A stretch of 64,000 nucleotides of DNA, from positions 97,679 through 161,678 of the forward strand of contig NZ_JAQSDN010000049.1 of assembly GCF_029945925.1 (NCBI RefSeq). Reading direction: 5' to 3'. This document shows, one piece after another, positions 58,386 through 64,000 of the stretch. Under the pieces are notes generated by a model. It had not been told where the DNA came from and did not search any database. It saw nothing but the letters and a program-made list of their open reading frames with translations. The number at the start of each line of letters is the position of its first letter. The first letter of the stretch is position 1. The DNA is from Polaromonas sp. Lineage in GTDB: Bacteria > Pseudomonadota > Gammaproteobacteria > Burkholderiales > Burkholderiaceae_C. The position numbers and the translations under genes were made by a program.

Positions 58386-59387
58386 TCACAGCAGCGCGGC
58401 AAACAGGTCAAGGCAAAGCAGGGTGGTGCGGGGCGCGCGAGCCAAAGCGGCGCTTTGTCCATGGTCTTGCAGCGCCAGCAGCAAGGCTTGAACCTCAGGC
58501 ATGGCGCCATGGGGAAAGGGCGACGCTTGCGGGTCGGTCGAGCCCCCGGCTGGATGGGCCTGGCTCATCACAACCAGGCCCTGCAATGACTGCCGCCACG
58601 ATTTGACCTGCCGCAGGTCAGGGGCCGGGCTGGCGGCGACGGCGCTCATGGCGTCCGTGAGTTGTTCCAAAGCCTGGGCCAGGTCGACACCGACGCGGGT
58701 CTTCGATGGCGAAACAGCCACTGCTGCCTCGCCCGCGGCCTGGCGCGCCAAGCGATCACCCCGGTGCGCCTTGGTCTGGGTGTCCAGCCAAAGGTGGTGG
58801 CCAAGCACCCAATCTCGGGCCATGGCGATGACGGCCATCGGGTGGCCGCTCACCAGTTCGATCTCCAGTTCTTGCACCGCCACGCTCAAATCGCCCGCGT
58901 GGATGTGCCCCAGGTCCAAGGCCAGCTCGACCACGCCGGCCTTGGGCGTGCCTTGGCCCACCGCCACGCGGGCAGTCTGGCGCCAAATGTCGGTGCGGTA
59001 CAGCTCGACCAGTCCGGTCTGTTCGCCTTGCCGGTCCTGGTCTGGATGCCAGCCCAGCGTCCTGACGAGCGAGGCTTCGGCTGGCGAGCCCAGGTGCAGG
59101 CTCAAGTCAATTCGGGCGGCGCTGCCCTCGGTGGGCGCCCGCGCGGGCTGGTTGTCTTCCAGCCGGATCATCGTGTTCGCGCCCGACGCTTTCAGCGTCT
59201 GAACCCAGCGTTCACCTTCCTTGCGAAGCCGCAAGGCGCTGCGTGCTTGGCCCAGGCGGCGATCCGGCGTGTCAAAGTAATGCGCCTGAAGACGCTCCCG
59301 CGCGTGACCCGGCAAGCGTTCAATCTCGGCCGACAAATGCCCCAGCGAATCGGCCGGGATCTGAAATTTAAGTTCGATTTCCTGCAT
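58386..59387 (-). CDS. CYTH-domain protein (triphosphate tunnel metalloenzyme family) with short C-terminal helical extension
   Basis: N-terminal EIELKF signature (MQEIELKFQIP) and later ELEIEL strand; 333 aa, shorter than full CYTH-CHAD proteins. Confidence 0.75.
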   Translation of the reverse strand: MQEIELKFQIPADSLGHLSAEIERLPGHARERLQAHYFDTPDRRLGQARSALRLRKEGERWVQTLKASGANTMIRLEDNQPARAPTEGSAARIDLSLHLGSPAEASLVRTLGWHPDQDRQGEQTGLVELYRTDIWRQTARVAVGQGTPKAGVVELALDLGHIHAGDLSVAVQELEIELVSGHPMAVIAMARDWVLGHHLWLDTQTKAHRGDRLARQAAGEAAVAVSPSKTRVGVDLAQALEQLTDAMSAVAASPAPDLRQVKSWRQSLQGLVVMSQAHPAGGSTDPQASPFPHGAMPEVQALLLALQDHGQSAALARAPRTTLLCLDLFAALL

Positions 59388-59478
59388 AAGGGCTGATTGT
59401 GGCGGCGGCCCTGGCCCTCAAGCGCGGCGCAGGCCGATAAAATGCCGGATTGATTCTCTCTTTTGACTGGTGCCCACC

Positions 59479-59682
59479 ATGCCGCTTTTCTGGAAGCCCT
59501 ACAAGTCTGACGTGACGCAGTTCATCGACAGCCTGAAGCAGCGCGACCCTCAGCTGGAAGACCGCCAGCGCCAGGGCCGCTCATTGCTCTGGGACAAGGC
59601 CGTTGACCGCGACGCCCAGCTCGACTTCCGCGAATCGAACGTGGCCCAGCAGCCCTACGTCTATCAAACCAAGGGCGACTGA
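59479..59682 (+). CDS. Small conserved protein, DUF3460-like
   Basis: MPLFWKPYKSDVTQFIDSLKQRDPQLEDRQRQGRSLLWDK. ATG 59479 is preferred over GTG 59470. The family label is from memory. Confidence 0.65.
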   Translation: MPLFWKPYKSDVTQFIDSLKQRDPQLEDRQRQGRSLLWDKAVDRDAQLDFRESNVAQQPYVYQTKGD

Positions 59683-59710
59683 GCTTTTTCGGTTTGATTG
59701 AAAGACGCGC

Positions 59711-60538
59711 GTGAGCGAACAAGTCCTGGACGAGAACCGTTTGCCCGAGGTCGTTGACCGCGTGGCGATGGCGCGCCTGTATGGCGAGCCCTTGTTCCAG
59801 ATGCCGCTGGATTTGTACATCCCGCCAGACGCGCTAGAGGTGTTCCTGGAGACCTTTGAAGGCCCGCTGGACTTGCTGCTCTACCTGATCCGCAAGCAGA
59901 ACTTCAACATCCTGGACATCCCGCTGGCCGACGTGACGCGCCAGTATTTGGCCTACGTGGATCAGATCCGCAAGCACAACCTCGAGCTGGCATCCGATTA
60001 CCTGCTGATGGCGGCCATGCTGATCGAGATCAAGTCTCGGATGCTGTTGCCGCCCAAGAAGTCGGAAGACGGTGAAGAGGCCGAGGACCCGCGCGCCGAA
60101 CTGGTTCGCCGCCTGATCGAATACGAGCAGATGAAGCTCGCCGCGGCGGGGCTGACCCGGATCCCGCAACTGGGCCGCGATTTTCTGCGCGTGCAGGTGC
60201 ACAACGACCCGTCGGTGCGCGTGCGCCACCCCGATGTCGCCCTGGTGGATTTGCGCGAGGCCTGGGCCGACATCCTCAAGCGCGCCAAGCTCAACACCCA
60301 CCACATCATCACGCGCGAAGAGCTGTCGGTGCGCGAGCACATGGGCATCGTGCTGCGACGCTTGCAGGGCCAGCGTTTTGTGGAGTTTGAACACCTGTTC
60401 GACGTGTCGCGGGGCCCGCCCGTGCTGGTGGTGACTTTCATCGCCCTGCTGGAGTTGGGTAAGGAGCGCTTGCTCGAGATCACGCAGGCCGAGGCGTTTG
60501 CGCCCATCTACGTGCGCCTGGCCTACCACCCGGCCTGA
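59711..60538 (+). CDS. scpA: Segregation and condensation protein A
   Basis: ARLYGEPLFQMPLDLYIPPDALEVFLETFEGPLDLLLYLIRKQNFNILDIPLADVTRQY is the ScpA signature; GTG start. Confidence 0.9.
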   Translation: MSEQVLDENRLPEVVDRVAMARLYGEPLFQMPLDLYIPPDALEVFLETFEGPLDLLLYLIRKQNFNILDIPLADVTRQYLAYVDQIRKHNLELASDYLLMAAMLIEIKSRMLLPPKKSEDGEEAEDPRAELVRRLIEYEQMKLAAAGLTRIPQLGRDFLRVQVHNDPSVRVRHPDVALVDLREAWADILKRAKLNTHHIITREELSVREHMGIVLRRLQGQRFVEFEHLFDVSRGPPVLVVTFIALLELGKERLLEITQAEAFAPIYVRLAYHPA

Positions 60539-60542
60539 TCGG

Positions 60543-61436
60543 TCATCGGCGCGCCTTGCGCTCCACGCGCTCCCAGTCGGGCGGCGCCCACAGGTGCTTC
60601 AAACGCAGCCACAGCGGCCCGGGCCGCCTCGCATCGCGCCCCATGGCCTGCCACTCGTGGAACATCATCACCAGGGGATTGTGGGTGTGGATTTGCTTGA
60701 CGATGCCGTAATCGCAGGGTGCCTCTTCGGGCACGAAGCTGCCGAACAGCTTGTCCCAGATGATCAGCACCCCCGCGTAGTTGCGGTCCAGGTACTGTGG
60801 GTTGCGAGCGTGGTGCACGCGGTGGTGCGAGGGCGTGTTGAAGACAGCCTCGAACCACCGGGGCAGCTTGCGCACGGACTCGGTGTGCACAAAGAATTGA
60901 TAGGCCAAGCTCACGGCCACCACCAGGATCACGTGGCGGGTTTCGAACCCCAGCCAGGCCAGGGGCAGCCAGAACACCCACATGCCAGAGATGGGGTAAG
61001 TGGGACTTTGCCGCAAGGCGGTCGACAGGTTCATGGTTTCGCCAGAATGATGCGTCACATGGCTGGCCCACATCCAGCGCACGCGGTGGCTGGCGCGGTG
61101 AAACCAGTAATAGCAAAAGTCTTGCGCCACGAGCAGCCCGACCACGCTCCACCAGGTGATGGCGATGTTGAACAGGCGATGCTGGTAGATCAGATCAAAC
61201 AGGCCGACCAATAAGGCCCAGGCGATGCCGTCGGCCACTGCGTGGCTCAGGGCCAGGCTGGTGTTGATGGCGGTGCCTTTGACCGTGTAAGTCTGTTGCT
61301 GCCGACGGTTCAGCCACCAGGCCTCGAATGCCATGCAGGCCATGAAAATCGGACCCATCAGGAGCAGGAAAACCTTTTCCAGCCCGATTTGATTCAACGT
61401 TGTCCACCAAGCGGCCATGTCTGGTCCAAGCCTCAT
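60543..61436 (-). CDS. Fatty acid hydroxylase / sterol desaturase-family membrane protein
   Basis: Histidine boxes HRASHRVRWMW, HVTHHSGE and HHRVHHARN; multi-TM. Confidence 0.85.
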   Translation of the reverse strand: MRLGPDMAAWWTTLNQIGLEKVFLLLMGPIFMACMAFEAWWLNRRQQQTYTVKGTAINTSLALSHAVADGIAWALLVGLFDLIYQHRLFNIAITWWSVVGLLVAQDFCYYWFHRASHRVRWMWASHVTHHSGETMNLSTALRQSPTYPISGMWVFWLPLAWLGFETRHVILVVAVSLAYQFFVHTESVRKLPRWFEAVFNTPSHHRVHHARNPQYLDRNYAGVLIIWDKLFGSFVPEEAPCDYGIVKQIHTHNPLVMMFHEWQAMGRDARRPGPLWLRLKHLWAPPDWERVERKARR

Positions 61437-61551
61437 CCACCACGAACTGACATGCTAGTCCCACTCCCCGGTGGGCGCTTGCAGAATTTCCCGCGCACGC
61501 GGCGGCTTGTCGGCCTAGAATCGCGCCACTTTGGCACCAGACCCCCGCGAC

Positions 61552-62385
61552 ATGAGTTCAGTGACCCCCGCTGCCTTGCCCGCCCGCAAGCCCTTGAACC
61601 TGCACCGCCTGCGCGAGATGCATTCGCAGGGTGAAAAAATCACCATGCTGACCTGCTACGAGTCGTCGATGACCCGCCTGCTGGACGATTGCGGGGTGGA
61701 CTGCATCCTGATCGGTGACTCCTTGGGCATGGTCGTGCAAGGCCAGTCCAGCACGGTGCCCGTGTCCCTGGGCGACATCATTTACCACACACGCTGTGTG
61801 GTGCGTGCCAACCGCCACACCTGGGTGGTCAGCGACCTGCCCTTTGGCAGCTACCAGGAAAGCCGCGAGCAAGCCTTGCGCTCCAGCGTGGCCTTGATGC
61901 AAGCCGGTGCCCACATGGTCAAGCTCGAAGGTGGCGGCTGGACGGCCGAGACCGTGCACTTCCTCACCGAGCGTGGCATCCCTGTGTGCGCCCACCTGGG
62001 CCTGACGCCGCAAAGCGTGCACGCGCTGGGGGGCTACCGCATCCAAGGTCGCGATGCGGCCGGGGCCGAGACCCTGCGCCGCCATGCGAAGGAGTTGGCG
62101 CAGGCCGGCGCCGCGATGGCGGTGCTTGAGCTGATGCCCTCCGATGTCGCCGCCGCCGTGCAGACCGACAACCCGGGCATGATCACCATCGGCATTGGCG
62201 CGGGCCAACGCACGGCCGGCCAGGTGCTGGTGCTGCACGACATGCTGAACATCACGCGGGGCAAGCTGCCGCGCTTTGTGCGCAACTTCATGGCCGAGGG
62301 CGGCTCGATCGACGATGCCATCCGCCGCTTTGTGTCGACCGTCAAAGACGGCAGCTTCCCCGATGAAGCCATCCACGGTTATTGA
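61552..62385 (+). CDS. panB: 3-methyl-2-oxobutanoate hydroxymethyltransferase
   Basis: [38 protein letters not shown] and VKLEGG motifs. ATG 61552 is preferred over TTG 61531. Confidence 0.94.
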   Translation: MSSVTPAALPARKPLNLHRLREMHSQGEKITMLTCYESSMTRLLDDCGVDCILIGDSLGMVVQGQSSTVPVSLGDIIYHTRCVVRANRHTWVVSDLPFGSYQESREQALRSSVALMQAGAHMVKLEGGGWTAETVHFLTERGIPVCAHLGLTPQSVHALGGYRIQGRDAAGAETLRRHAKELAQAGAAMAVLELMPSDVAAAVQTDNPGMITIGIGAGQRTAGQVLVLHDMLNITRGKLPRFVRNFMAEGGSIDDAIRRFVSTVKDGSFPDEAIHGY

Positions 62386-62389
62386 TTGA

Positions 62390-63283
<894 letters not shown>

Positions 63284-63322
63284 CCGAGCAGCTTGGCCGG
63301 GCTTGTGCGCCAACAAGCCTCG

Positions 63323-64000
63323 TCAGAGGGTGCTCAGAAAAGCCACCACCTCGTCTTCCTTGCGGCTGCGCTTCATGGGCGGCAGGCTTTGCCAGATCCG
63401 CTTGCCGTAAGGCTTTTCGATCAAACGCACGTCGCCGATCATGAGTACGCCCCGGTCGGTCTCACTGCGGATCAGCCGACCAGCGCCCTGCTTGAGCGCG
63501 ATGATGGCTTGCGGCACCTGGTGCTCCATGAAGGGGTTGCCGCCTTCTTGCTCCAGCAGTTCCAGGCGCTTGGCCAAGACTGGGTCATCGGGTGGTGCGA
63601 AGGGCAGTTTGTCGATCACCACCAGCGTGAGTGCATCGCCCTTGACGTCGATGCCTTCCCAGAAGCTGTGGCTGCCCACCAGCACCGCATTGCCCGCGCG
63701 CTTGAAGTCGTCCAGCAGGGTGGTGCGGGGCGCATCCCCTTGCCGCATCACGGGGAACGGATCGCCGCCTTGATCGAACAGCTTCTTGAGGTGATCAGCC
63801 GCCCGCTGCACGGCGCGGTGGCTGGTGCACAGCACAAAGGCGCGGCCCCGGTTGGCACGGATCAGGGGCAAGGCGGATTCCACCAGCGCTTCGGTGTGGT
63901 TCGCGGCACTTGGCGGTGGCAGGCCTTCCGGCACATACAGCATGGCCTGCGTCGGGTAATCGTAGGGGCTGGACCAAGCCTGGCAGTGCGCATCTTCCAG
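63323..64000 (-). CDS. DinG/Rad3-family ATP-dependent DNA helicase, C-terminal part (5' end outside window)
   Basis: Helicase C-terminal motifs: VLVGSHSFWEGIDVKGDALTLVVIDKLPFAPPDDP ... QGAGRLIRSETDRGVLMIGD. The frame stays open to the window edge. Confidence 0.8.
   Translation of the reverse strand: MEDAHCQAWSSPYDYPTQAMLYVPEGLPPPSAANHTEALVESALPLIRANRGRAFVLCTSHRAVQRAADHLKKLFDQGGDPFPVMRQGDAPRTTLLDDFKRAGNAVLVGSHSFWEGIDVKGDALTLVVIDKLPFAPPDDPVLAKRLELLEQEGGNPFMEHQVPQAIIALKQGAGRLIRSETDRGVLMIGDVRLIEKPYGKRIWQSLPPMKRSRKEDEVVAFLSTL

Overview
GC-rich chromosomal segment. Gene content and synteny look betaproteobacterial (Burkholderiales/Comamonadaceae-like); that assignment is inference, since no search was run. 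Almost all of it is core housekeeping DNA, densely packed on both strands. In order:

- A small stress cluster: tandem USP, an AhpD-like/Rieske fusion, and Hsp20.
- An ABC substrate-binding protein and an aminotransferase.
- rpsO-pnp with its attenuator and leader hairpin, then a quinone oxidoreductase, tpiA, secG and tRNA-Leu(GAG).
- The complete 14-gene nuoA-N complex I operon, followed by DUF2818 and a NUDIX gene.
- A mixed housekeeping block: FAD oxidase, DUF2069, YihY, a CBS protein, aroC, gloA, a fused pabB/pabC, dsbB, ridA and a YddA-type ABC exporter.
- A short islet of three small unassignable ORFs and a SAM-methyltransferase preceded by about 370 nt of hairpin-dense non-coding DNA.
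- nnr.
- A 12.5-kb signalling block: a GGDEF cyclase, a REC-PAS-GGDEF-EAL protein, a hybrid histidine kinase with 2 REC + HPt, a small membrane kinase, and a REC-ANTAR regulator with a multi-PAS HisKA_2 kinase.
- apbC/metG (divergent), a SulP transporter, a CYTH protein, DUF3460, scpA, a fatty-acid hydroxylase-family protein, panB, panC and the 3' part of a DinG-like helicase.

I saw no CRISPR array, IS element, integrase, prophage or recognisable defence system.

The most noteworthy observations:
1. An unassigned structured RNA-like region at 38.7-39.1 kb that ends in a strong minus-strand intrinsic terminator just upstream of the methyltransferase.
2. A GC-rich palindromic repeat present both in the anomalously long nuoF-nuoG spacer and in frame inside the metG linker.
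3. A PdtaS/PdtaR-like kinase/ANTAR pair with no visible cis target, next to a c-di-GMP operon.
4. The small-ORF islet, which includes a WYL-like protein.

All calls come from reading the sequence and ORF track by eye. No database search or folding computation was run.
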